NCBI GenBank assembly: GCA_950097015.1
Contig: CATNEN010000038.1
Span: 3,782,001-3,846,000 of the forward strand
Source: Macrostomum hystrix
Lineage: Eukaryota; Animalia; Platyhelminthes
Direction of reading: 5' to 3'
Length of the DNA stretch: 64,000 bases
In this document: positions 35,363-46,462 of the stretch, in pieces
Position numbering within the stretch: the first letter of the stretch is position 1
Layout of the letters: each line of letters starts with the position of its first letter
Notes under the pieces: generated by a model
What the model was told of the DNA's origin: nothing
The model's input: the letters and a program-made list of their open reading frames with translations, nothing else
The model's database searches: none
Translations under genes and position numbers: made by a program

Positions 35363-36562
35363 ATGACTAGACTGTCGGCATTGCTAATTTTGCTCTGCGC
35401 ATTCGCATTTCTGCTACAGGTGAGCTGCACTTTTGTCTCTCCCTTATATTCTAAATCGAATGTGAACGTCAGTAGTTCATATTTTTATTCTGCTATCTCG
35501 AAAAATGCTGCCAATTCCATCGTAGTAACTCCGCTAACTCCTAAGCACTACTTCTATCTCCCTCACATCCTATCTCCCTCACTCCACCCCATCTCCCCAC
35601 TATACCCCGTCTCCCCCACTCTACCCTATCTCCCTTACTCTACCTCATCTCCCTTACTCTACCCCATCTCCCTCACTCTACCCAATCTCCCTTACTCTAC
35701 CCCATCTCCCTTACTCTACCCAATCTCCCCACTATACCCCGTCTCCCCCACTCTACCCTATCTCCCTTACTCTACCTCATCTCCCTTACTCTACCCCATC
35801 TCCCTCACTCTACCCAATCTCCCTTACTCTACCCATCTCCCTTACTCTACCCCATCTCCCTTACTCTACCCCATCTCCCTTACTCTACCCAATCTCCCCA
35901 CTATACCCCGTCTCCCCCACTCTACCCTATCTCCCTTACTCTACCGCATCTCCCTTACTCTACCGCATCTCCCTTACTCTACCCCATCTCCCTTACTCTA
36001 CCCCATCTCCCTTACTCTACCCCATCTCCCTTACTCTACCCCATCTCCCTTACTCTACCCAATCTCCCCACTATACCCCGTCTCCCCCACTCTACCCTAT
36101 CTCCCTTACTCTACCGCATCTCTCTTACTCTACCGCATCTCCCTTACTCTACCCCATCTCCCTTACTCTACCCCATCTCCCTCACTCTACCCCATCTCCC
36201 TTACTCTACCCCATCTCCCCCACTCTACCCTATCTCCCTTACTCTACCTCATCTCCCTTACTCTACCCCATCTCCCTTACTCTACCCCATCTCCCTTACT
36301 CTACCCCATCTCCCTCACTCTACCCCATCTCCCTTACTCTACCCCATCTCCCCCACTCTACCCTATCTCCCTCACTCTACCCCATAGTCTCAAATACTTT
36401 ATTCCGCAGGCAGCAGCGAGACGTGAGCTTACTCAAGAAGCATTGCAGCGAGAAGTGCGAGTAGGTAGCAGGCACTGCGCTATCTCAAGTCAGGCCGTTG
36501 GCATTCACCGCTGCTTTGGAAAATGCAAGCAAATCAGAAGAGCAAAGTCAAACAAAAACTAA
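35363..36562 (+). CDS. Small secreted cationic orphan peptide (69 aa, 2 exons)
   Basis: Exons 35363-35419 and 36410-36562 give MTRLSALLILLCAFAFLLQ|AAARRELTQEALQREVRVGSRHCAISSQAVGIHRCFGKCKQIRRAKSNKN. Signal peptide, canonical splice sites, TATATAAA at ~35283. Confidence 0.75.
   Translation: MTRLSALLILLCAFAFLLQVSCTFVSPLYSKSNVNVSSSYFYSAISKNAANSIVVTPLTPKHYFYLPHILSPSLHPISPLYPVSPTLPYLPYSTSSPLLYPISLTLPNLPYSTPSPLLYPISPLYPVSPTLPYLPYSTSSPLLYPISLTLPNLPYSTHLPYSTPSPLLYPISLTLPNLPTIPRLPHSTLSPLLYRISLTLPHLPYSTPSPLLYPISLTLPHLPYSTPSPLLYPISPLYPVSPTLPYLPYSTASLLLYRISLTLPHLPYSTPSPSLYPISLTLPHLPHSTLSPLLYLISLTLPHLPYSTPSPLLYPISLTLPHLPYSTPSPPLYPISLTLPHSLKYFIPQAAARRELTQEALQREVRVGSRHCAISSQAVGIHRCFGKCKQIRRAKSNKN
35560..36385. 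repeat. 20-bp intronic minisatellite CTCTACCCCATCTCCCTTA
   Basis: Tandem array; explains the 399-aa ORF. Confidence 0.95.
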
Positions 36563-37703
36563 GTAAAGTAAAAGTAAAGTAAAACTAACTGACTTAAGAA
36601 ATAATAATAAATTACATCTAAGCTGATAGTTGGGCCAGCCATTGCGCTCTGAATCTAGAAACAGGAGAGATAGCTCACCTTCAAACGTCCATATCAAACG
36701 GAGCAGTATCTGAAAATACACTAAGCATAAGCACATTAATGGAAATTCTGGTGCTTTATTGGGCGAAAAACACGGATAACTTCAGTACCGGGCAAGATAT
36801 ATTCAAAATTTTAGTCTTATTAGAAAGCTGAATAAATTCTAATTTTAGCTAAAGCTTGTGCATGCACCTGTTTTACCTATTTAGCTACAGGCTAAGCTAA
36901 TATAAATAAATAATGCAGTTGGGATTAGTAAGTAATAAACAATAAGTAATACTCGTATAAACATTTTTATTATGAAACAGTAGCAGGTTGTAACCTGTTT
37001 TACCTCTTGTAAATAGAGGTAGCCAATGTTTCTTCTAGAAGATTGTCTTTGTATTAATTTGCGTTGAGATATGAGTAGTGTCAGTGAATACAAAGCTCAC
37101 TGGCCCACAAAAGCCAAGTCTACAAAAGCGGCCCTGCCCAAAGGCGAGCAAAAGCAAGCGACAATGCTGTTGCCCCCATAGTAACAAGCAGCAGCCGCAA
37201 CTCTATACTCCCCATGTACATTTCATTGCTTTAAAAGCATTACAAGAGGGCTAGGAGTGAGAATCTGAACGAACCCCTCTCTCAGCTCCACCCCTCGCCT
37301 CTCCCTTCGCTTCGCTGAAAGCTGAAAGACACCCCACCCCACTGAGCACACCCGCCTCAGCTCACAAAACTGACAGGCAGGCAATGGCAGGCCCGGGTTT
37401 CATACACTGGGTTGACCTCTCTCTATCCCGGGCTCATGAACACCCACCCCACCTCCATTCGTCCATTTGCACCCGCCACCCCACTTGGGCCAAACAAGAC
37501 ATGCGCTAAAAATAGAACAGGACTATTATAAAGCTAAACCGTGAAAAAGACTTTGCTAAGCTGCGTAAAGTGTGTATTATATTATTAATAACATAGACAC
37601 CCCAATGACTGCGTGATAAGCCCTCGGCTAAACTGTACCAGGTCCGTTTTTTTTTCAAACAAAATTTGCTTCATCGTCAAATAGACTCGATAGCAACGAA
37701 AAA

Positions 37704-39769
37704 ATGGCCACTGGGGCTTCGGCCGGCTTGCAAAAGGCAAAGCACTATCAGTACGAGTATCAGCAGCAGCAGCCGCCACCGCGTCAGTCCATCCGTAGAG
37801 GCGGCTATCAGACTCAGAGGTACCCGTCGAATCGTCGATTGCAGTCAACGAAGAGGCGGCAAGAAGAAGAGGCATCGGAAGCGGAGGCGGGCTGCGCCGA
37901 ATGCGAGGAGTTCGTCAGACAGCACGGCGCCTGCATGTCAAACAGCTGCAAGCTGCTGAGCTTCATCTACCTGTTCATTCTATCTAGCCTGATCTGTCTC
38001 TATCTGGCCAGACAGTCTCACAATATGGCGCTGGACTCTGCGCCACTGGATGCTGCAACTATGCCTAGCAACCCTTTGCAATGCTTCGAGTTTGCTCAAC
38101 CATTGGAACAGGCGCCTGACGCCAAGGCTTTGTGCGAGTCTTCTTTTAATGCCGATAATTATCCGAAGCAAGCTGGTACAGAGATTCGATTTAACAGGAT
38201 GCTGCGACTGCGCCATATTGACAATGCCCTACTACTAACATACGGTAGCTATCCCACTGAAAGCCAACACGAAAGTGTCCTAGTTGTGCAGCTACCAACC
38301 AACAGCACTCACTTTGGTGACGCTAAGATTAACAATCACTCATCAAACAATGACAAGAACAAAGACTGCGGCATCAGTGCCGGCTATGAAGTGTTCAAAC
38401 TAATCAACGGAGATAGTGCTACTAGATGCAGAAATTTCACAGCAATTCAATTAGCAGATGGGGGCTGCCCCCTGACCTATTTTATGTTCAGCGCTCTGCA
38501 GCTCCGACTGCGACTGGCACATCGCCTGCTGCGCCTGGCTGACTCCGTGGACACTGTCCCACTACAAGACGGTGTCCAGCTTCGACTGCTCCTGTCCCCT
38601 GCCATCCAGCTGGATGACTTCGGCGTGGACAGATTCGGTCAGGTCAAGCTGCTCAACCCGGCTCGACTCCGATTGGTTGCGGAAAACTGGCGCGACCTGG
38701 AGACCGAGGATCTGCGAAACGGTGAGACTGGAGATGGGGTCAGCGGACACCTCTGTAGGATTGGATACTGGTGATGGGGTCAGCGGACACCTCTATAGGA
38801 TTGGAGACTGGAGATGGAGTCAGCGGACACCTCTGTAGGATTGGAGACTAGAGATGGGGTCAGCGGACACCTCTGTAGATTGGACAGTATGGCATGGCCT
38901 GGCCAACTTTGACTTTGACCCCAAACTAGAGGTCAGAGGAGACTTCTTATTCCAATTGAGTGCAATAGTGCAAACAAATAATGACCCGATGCGCGTGGCC
39001 TAAATGACTGAAAAGCTTATCAGTTAGGATTTTGATAAAACTTAAAGTTCGGATTCAAAACGCCTTGATTTACTCATCCTCGCTATACTAATTTTTAGTA
39101 GTGCAGTTTGCATTCTTTTTTATAATTGTTACGGTTAAGGATTTCGATTATTAAAATAATTTTATGATTAAAAAAGATAATCCTAATGACCTGGGTCATC
39201 CTTTCCTAATGACGGGGGTCATCCCTCCCGAATGACGTGGGTCATCCCTGCCTTATGATCTGGGTCATCCCTTCCTATTGACCCGGGTCATTAAACTTTC
39301 ATCTGTCGCCATGACACTTACAGGCGACTGCCAGTGGCACAGTCACGCCAGTCACGCTGCAGTTGCCCAGCTGCTGCACGACGCCAACGACTACATCCCG
39401 GTCTCTGCGTGGGATGCCCTCGACACCAGCCGCTCATTGCCGCAGCCACCGCCGCCGCCTCCGCCAAATCTTCGCCGGTCTCTCCTTCGCGGCTGGCAAC
39501 AATGGCACCACGATCGTCAGCTGCCGCCGCCGCCGCCGCCTCCGCTGTCTCTGCCAACCTGGCCTCGGCTGTCTGACGCAGAACGCCGCGCCGAGCGTGA
39601 GCGCCTGATTCGCTCTGTTGAAGAGTCTCTACAGTCAGACGATGCGTACCTTCTGAAACTGTGGTGGGCCGTCTGCTTGATGACAGGCGGTTCCATCTGC
39701 TATGTACTGCTGAGTTACTGGCTGTGCTACAAGCTCGCCAGCTGCCTTGATAGTCTGTGCAACGGCTAA
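37704..39769 (+). CDS. Divergent protein kinase domain (DIPK2A/DIA1/FAM69-like) pseudokinase, 487 aa, two predicted TM helices
   Basis: Exons 37704-38721 and 39324-39769. TM1 LLSFIYLFILSSLICLYLA. PLTYFMFSALQLRLRLAHRLLRLADSV...LDDFGVDRFGQVKLLN...ENW...LLHD resembles DIPK2A as I recall it (LWSYFNAPWEKRVDLAWQLMEIAEQL...FDNFAV...GKVIIVD...ENW...LLHD). C-terminal hydrophobic helix. Confidence 0.7.
38724..38880. repeat. 39-bp repeat GAGACTGGAGATGGGGTCAGCGGACACCTCTGTAGGATT starting at the splice donor
   Basis: 4 units. A separate 26-bp repeat lies at 39180-39290 near the acceptor. Confidence 0.9.
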
Positions 39770-39921
39770 TTAACTTGCCATCTTAAATGTTGTGCCAAAA
39801 TTAAACAAAGCATATTCTCGCCTCCTTTCCGTCTCAGTGGATCTAAGATTATGTCTAAAAAGAAATCTATGAGCAATACACTTTCACGTCAAAACTGTAC
39901 AATACTATTATTTTAATTCTT

Positions 39922-40103
39922 TTTGGAGATCAAGGTAGATCACAGGTTTGGAGACCAAGGTAGATCACAGGTCACAGGTTCTAAACCTGTGATCTACCTT
40001 GATCTCCAAACCTGTGATCTACCTTGATTTCTAAACCTGTGATCTACCTTGATCTCCAAACCTGTGATCTACCTTGATCTCCAAACCTGTGATCTACCTT
40101 GAT
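39922..40103. repeat. 29-bp repeat with an internal orientation switch
   Basis: Two units TTTGGAGATCAAGGTAGATCACAGG followed by four reverse-complement units AAACCTGTGATCTACCTTGATCTCC. Confidence 0.9.
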
Positions 40104-40335
40104 TAGTCCAATAGTTAGTCCTTACTAGTCCAATTGCTGAGAGCCATATAAAGCTATGGCTGTCAACTGATTAGATATGCGGGTTACCTACCTGGCTGTT
40201 AACAACCGAACAGTCGACAGGTTTACATAAGTTTCATTTCCGTTTTCCGCTTTGTAAATTAGCATTTATGAGGCATTTGTTGCATTGGAATAAAGATAAT
40301 TTTTAACTGAATTACCGAGAGTGACTTCGGCCACA

Positions 40336-41369
40336 ATGAAGCATGCAAAAGTGATCACTATGGTTCTGGCAGCTTTCATGCTGCTACTGGTAGCTGCAAG
40401 GCCTACCCGAGCTTTGCCAGGTAAGTTTATTCACTCTGAATGTCGCTCTGATTTTCACTCTAAATTTTTTCCTTAATGTCACTCTCAATGTCACTCATCA
40501 CTACTGAGTCTAACTGTCACTCTCAATGTCACTCTCAATGTCAATCTCAATGTCAATCTTAATATCACTCTCAATGTCACCCTCAATGTCACTCTCAATA
40601 TCAATCTCAGTGCCAATCTCAATATCACTCTCAATGTCAATCTTAGTGCCAATCTCAATGTCAATCTCAGTGCCAATCTCAATGTCACTCTCCATGTCAA
40701 TCTCAATGTAAATCTTAATATCACTCTCAATGTCACTTAATGTCAATCTCAGTGCCAATCTCAATGTCACCTTCAATGTCAATCTCAATGTCACTCTCAA
40801 TGTCACTCCCAATGTCAATCTCAGTGCCAATCTCAATATCACTCCCAATGTCAATCTCAGTGCCAATCTCAATATCACTCTCAATGTCAATCTCAGTGCC
40901 AATCTCAGTGCCAATCTCAATGTCACTCTCAATGTCACTCTCAATGTCACTCTCAATGTAAATCGCAGTGCCAATCTCAATGTCACTCTCAATGTCACTC
41001 TCAATGTCACTCCACATAACGAAATTGAGGACAATAGATTGTCCTGTCACCAATCTGTGCATTTTACTTTCAGCGGCCGATAGCGAGGACCCAGGAGACA
41101 TCCTGCCCGACCCCGCTGGCGACGCTGACGAAGTCAGCACCAACAACGACGTGGGCACTGGGGACTCTGGCCAGCCCGAGCCCGCCAAGAAGCCGTCGGT
41201 GAACCTGGCCGACCTGAAAGACATCTGGTCGGACCCTGCCATCCCGGAGATTCGATTCGACCGAGCCAAGCCGAAGTATTCCCCGGAGGCGCAGCTCAGG
41301 AACACCATGACGGCTGGGGGCTTTCGAAGGCCGAAGGTTCGATTCGGCGACTATTATATTGAAGGCTGA
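40336..41369 (+). CDS. Small secreted orphan protein (126 aa, 2 exons) with an acidic pro-region-like segment
   Basis: Exons 40336-40420 (MKHAKVITMVLAAFMLLLVAARPTRALP, donor GTAAGT) and 41074-41369 (GC3-rich, ending GGFRRPKVRFGDYYIEG*). AATAAA at ~41490 and ~41531. Confidence 0.85.
40470..41012. repeat. 12-bp intronic minisatellite TCTCAATGTCAC / TCTCAGTGCCAA
   Basis: Tandem array. Confidence 0.95.
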
Positions 41370-41594
41370 GACGCGCGGATTGGTCGGCCAGTCCGCACGA
41401 GTCTTGTGGTTTTGTGCACACACTGGAATTTAATTAAGCTAGTTTTGAATGCAATTGCCATGAAATTGTTAACAAAATACTGCCGAAACAATAAACTAAT
41501 GCAACCGTTCGTGCCAATTCAGCTTGTGAGAATAAAATCAGATAACCTGTTCGCTCTTTTTGATTTAAACAGAAATGGGCTAAGAAATCAGAGT

Positions 41595-42176
41595 TGTGTC
41601 TAACAGGTGAGAATTGTGTCTAACAGGTGAGAATTGTGTCTAACAGGTGAGAATTGTGTCTAACAGGTGAGAATTGTGTCTAACAGGTGAGAATTGTGTC
41701 TAAAATGTGAGAATTGTGTCTAACAGGTGAGAATTGTGTCTAACAGGTGAGAATTGTGTCTAACAGGTGAGAATTGTGTCTAAAATGTGAGAATTGTGTC
41801 TAACAGGTGAGAATTGTGTCTAACAGGTGACAATTGTGTCTAACAGGTGAGAATTGTGTCTAACAGGTGAGAATTGTGTCTAACAGGTAAGAATTGTGTC
41901 TAACAGGTGAGAAGTGTGTCTAACAGGTGAGAATTATGTCTAACAGGTGAGAATTGTGTCTAACAGGTGAGAATTGTGTCTAACAGGTGAGAATTGTGTC
42001 TAACATGTGAGAATTGTGTCTAACAGGTGAGAATTGTGTCTAACATGTGAGAATTGTGTCTAACAGGTGAGAATTGTGTCTAACATGTGAGAATTGTGTC
42101 TAACAGGTGAGAATTGTGTCTAACAGGTGAGAATTGTGTCTAACATGTGAGAATTGTGTCTAACAGGTGAGAATTG
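41595..42176. repeat. 20-bp minisatellite TGTGTCTAACAGGTGAGAAT
   Basis: About 29 near-identical units. Confidence 0.97.
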
Positions 42177-42584
42177 CTGTGTCATAACCCGTGGTGTTCT
42201 GATCAACGTATTTTCTGGCTCCCGAAGGAAAATAAAAGATTCCAGAAAATCCCACGGTTTTAAAAGCTGTCATCCCACGGTTTTGCCCTTTTGACAAGCC
42301 CTCATAACTTGCAAAGGGTTTTCGATCTTCGTGACAGCTATTGACCTGGCTGTATGTTGCCACTCATCTCGGAAGATTTTAAGCTGCTCACAATTACTGA
42401 AAAGTCCTTAAGCAGAATGCCATTGTGTTTTCTTGCTCATTAGCTGAGGGAAAACTGCAGGTTAATTTTTCCGCCACTAAAGCGAAACGCCAAGAAGTGC
42501 ATATTGTGTTTGCATGCATCTATTTTGTGGATTTTAAATGTCTTAGTTTCGATTCTAATAATTTATTCTCTTATGTGGGAACCA

Positions 42585-42952
42585 CGTACTATGTACCATG
42601 TACCTTGTACCATTTCTGTACCATGTAGCATGTACCTTGTACCATTTCTGTACCATGTACCATGTACCATGTGCCATGTACCATGTGCCATGTACCATGT
42701 ACCTTGTAGCATGTACCATGTGCTATGTACCATGTGCCATGTAGCATGTACCATGAACCATGTAGCATGTAGCATGTAGCATGTGCTATGTACCATGTAC
42801 CATGTGCCATGTACCTTGTAGCATGTAGCATGTACCATGTACCATGTGCTATGTACCCTGTAGCATGTAGCATGTACCATGTACCATGTGCTATGTACCC
42901 TGTAGCATGTAGCATGTACCATGTAGCATGTAGCATGTAGCATGTATTCCAT
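42585..42952. repeat. 7-bp repeat CATGTAC/CATGTAG
   Basis: Tandem array. Confidence 0.95.
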
Positions 42953-43815
42953 GAACTGTGACCGCCGAGCAAACTGGCCTGTTCCTTGTCATCCACCAGC
43001 TATAATAATCCTCTATCAAGGACCTCAAAATATTTTGTAAGGATGTTGCACTATTGATCTTTGAAGGCCTATTTCGCATAAAATTATACGACCGTACTAC
43101 GAGCTCGTATTACATTGAGTAGATGGTTAATATAATTTTTCTTAACAATTTTAACAAAGCTTAAACAAATTGACCCAATAACAAACAGGTAATGCAATTT
43201 TCTTGACTGCCGTGAGCTACATTCGCAACTTTTTTCAAGTTACACCGTGCAGAATTCACTAAATGTATGCATCATCTTCCATATCCGGTTTGCCTACCAG
43301 TTAATTTAGCGGCTAAATAATCATTTTGCTTCGTCTGGTCTATCCTATACTTCATCATTTATTCTCTTCTCACGTTTGCTCGATGTAGCAACTGCTGGGC
43401 CAAAAAAAATTGAGTTCCTCACACCTGCCACCCTCATTGTCAGGCGGCCGTTAGAGACAGGCCGAGTCTTGTTTTATCACTCAATCACTCTCTCATTATC
43501 ATTCTCTCACCATCACATTCTGTTACCCCATCGCTCTATCGCTCTCTCACTCTCTTACCTTCTCACTTTCTCACTCTCTCACTCTCACTCTCTCACTCTT
43601 ACTCTCTCACTCTCCCTCTCTGACTCTCTCACTCTCTCTCCCTCTCTCCCTCTCTCTCAGGCCAGCACCGGCGTCTCGTACGACCGAGTCAGTGCCACGG
43701 AGTTGAGTGAGTATGGATTGAGTTGCGGGGCGCTGCCGAATCGATTGCGATATGTTGAGACTGAAAGCAGGATTTGAACAAGCGCCTATAGCCTAATGGC
43801 TAGAGCGCTAGGCTA

Positions 43816-43860
43816 GACTCTACTGATGAGCTCCAATAAGAGCGAAACGCGTCTGGAGTT
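43816..43860 (+). ncRNA. Minimal type I hammerhead ribozyme (Penelope-type)
   Basis: Stem I GACTCTA/TGGAGTT, core CTGATGA (43823-43829), stem II GCTC-CAATAA-GAGC, GAAA (43844-43847), palindromic mini stem III ACGCGT, cleavage triplet GTC ending at 43853. Confidence 0.85.
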
Positions 43861-43944
43861 GCCTTTGTTCGAATCCTGATTTCAATTTTTTCTATACATA
43901 TCGGAATCGATTCCAACATTAGATTTTTGAAATTCAATGGGCAG

Positions 43945-44140
43945 TGTCCTCTCTCCTCTCTCCCGCTCTCTCTCTCCCTCTCTCACACTCACTCTCACAC
44001 TCACTCTCTCACTCTCTCACTCTCTCACTCTCACACTCACTCTCTCACTCATTCTCTCACTCACCCTCTCACTCATTCTCTCACTCTCACACTCACTCTC
44101 TCACTCTCTCACTATCTTATTCTCACTCTCTCTTCCCTAA
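43945..44140. repeat. CT/CA-rich low-complexity repeat (also 43480-43658)
   Basis: (CTCTCA)n-type arrays. Confidence 0.9.
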
Positions 44141-44804
44141 CAATGCACAGATTTTAAGATCAGTTGAGATAGGCAACGCTGGCCAATTAACAGCGTTGCC
44201 ACATTTGCAGGTAGCAACATGGAATAACAAGCGGAAGCTTAAGGCCGAAAGTCGAAATGCAAGAAAGACAAATACTGAGCAAGTGTGCACAGTATTATCT
44301 AGAGAGTTTGAATTTTCATTTGAATCAAGTTTTTTACCTTTCCCCAAAGCACAGCAATGTCCCATTCTGTGAGCCATGATGCCATGCCGCAGCTATTATA
44401 CAATCAGATTGTCAGCCGACTCATGCATCTGTTGCTGATTTCTGTCGAATTTATAAATAGAATTCTACTAGAGACAATGCCCCTTTAGTTCGAAATTCCC
44501 AATATTTTCTGCTAGCAACAATCGTTTGTTCAAATCCATGGATATTCTGATGGTTATAAGGGTTTCACAACAAGTGCATAAAAAATTAGCAAGACTAAAG
44601 GACTTTTCTCAAAGCGTTGCCATTGGTTCAAACCCGAGAAATCTCCACCCTGCCTGCCTGTCTGCCGATTGGTTATGAAATTTTATAAGGATGAGGAATC
44701 TGCGCAGAAGATTTTGTTTTCCCTAAATTTGTCGAAAAGCGAGCCTTGTCAGACAGTGAGTTGGTGTTTAAAAAAGTGAACATTTTTTTCAATCCCGCTT
44801 TCAA

Positions 44805-46462
44805 ATGCCCGAAGACCTTGTTGTGACAACACCAAGCCTAGATTCAGAGGCAGGTAAGATAATATTTGCAAAGTTTATGAGTTCACTTTAGTAGTGTGTG
44901 AGTTAGTGTGCTCAACTATCATAGTTGCAGTTTTATTTAATTTCTCTCCTAGTATCGAGCACAGCTCAGCGCCTTCTGCTCCGGCTGCTGCTGCTGCTGC
45001 TGCTTCGACCACGGCTGGAGCTCGTCCAGGCGCAGCCTGGCTGTCGGGCTTCGCTTCGCTTCGCTGATGTCGGCCAGCGAGGCTTCGTCAAGCTCGACTA
45101 CAGCGTCCGCAGCCAGCTGATTGACCAAGGCTGGACGGCCGGTGCCACTGCCTGCGTCCTGATGTGCCGACTGCGCGGCGACGACTGCGTTGCGGCTGCC
45201 AGGAGCCGCGACGCCAGCGGACGCTGCGTCCTGCTGCTGGTCCTTGATGCTGCCAGCGACGCTGTTGGAGCTGCAGCGGCCTACGAAGGCGCGCTGCTGG
45301 GTGCTAACGATGAGACGAATGTCTGGGTGTCTGAAGAAATGGACATAGTGATACGAAAGAGGAGGATGGAAATTGTAGCGGTTTTCGCGAGTAAGTGAAC
45401 TTTATGACTATGACTAATCAGAAATCTCAACCAATCAGAAATCTCAGCCAGTTAGAATTCCACCCAATCAAACTAGTTAGCAAGCGAGAAGTCCAAGCCA
45501 ATCAGAAGCTCGCAATCTTGCAGACTCAAGCTCGGGCGCGGTGGGGTCGCCTCAGACAGTTCAAGTGAATATTACCGGCTGCTACCTGCTCACAGCTTCC
45601 GGAGCACGCGGCGGCGCCAGCAACAAATCCGCTGACGGGCAGTGGCTTGGCGGTCGCGGCGTCAATGTCAGCGGCATCTTCCGGCTGTCGGCCGGGAGCC
45701 GCCTGACGATCATTGTCGGCCAGCGCGGAGCTGACGCTGAGCAAGCGTCGATCTTTGCGAGCGGAGGCGGCGGTGGTGGAAGCTTCGTCTTCACCTCAGC
45801 GGCCGACAACGACAGCTCGTCCACCGCTCCACAGCTGCTTTTGGCGGCTGGAGGCGGCGGCGGCGGCGCTCGGTACAACGCAGGTAACAAAACTGAGCAA
45901 GTAGTTCAAGAAAACCGTCGAAATCGGATCGATAATCGAAAACTTCTTCGACTACAACGCTGCAGGTCGAGACGGTCAGGCGGGCAACGAGGGCAGCGAC
46001 CCAGCAGTCCCTGCGTCAAACCCGACGTCATACAGCCAAGGTGGCTCCGACGGTTTCGGAGGCCTGACAAACAACACCGGCTTGGGGCAGATCAACGCCG
46101 GTGGTCCTGGCGCAGGCTGGCTGGGCGGAGGCCGCTTCACGAAGGCGCCTCCACGCTCCACCGATGGCGGCGCTGGCGCCAGTCTCTCCGACGGCTGGGT
46201 TGGAGGCCGCGGAGGAGGCCTGAACTTTGGCGCCGTCGGCGGCTTCGGCGGCGGCGGCGGCGCTGGGCAGAACGCGGGAGCGGGCGGTGGCGGCGGCGGC
46301 TTCAGCGGCGGCGGCGCTGGTGCGGGCTCTCACCATGCCGGAGGCGGCGGTGGCTCATTCTGCAGCGGCACCAGCTGCACCTTCTCGATTGTCAGAAGCG
46401 GCGGCGATGGACAGGGGCTCGTACAGCTGCGGCTGTTGCGAGTGCCAGTGGAGAGTTGCTGA
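44805..46462 (+). CDS. Secreted protein: PAN/apple-like Cys module + ALK/LTK-type glycine-rich domain, 447 aa, no TM or kinase domain
   Basis: Exons 44805-44853, 44953-45390, 45524-45883, 45966-46462 (1344 nt). Leu-rich leader ending ELVQA; ACVLMC...DCVAA...GRCVL; RKRR; then TGCYLLTASGARGG, GGRG, LTIIVGQRG, GGGGGGSFVF, LLLAAGGGGG, GAGW, GGFGGGGG, GGGGGFSGG, GGGGGSFC and GLVQL. Confidence 0.85.

Noticed and set aside
43376-43777. Small spliced gene around a CT-rich block
   Set aside because: A good acceptor exists at 43660, but I found no GT donor, ATG or recognisable protein. It could be a non-coding or relic exon.
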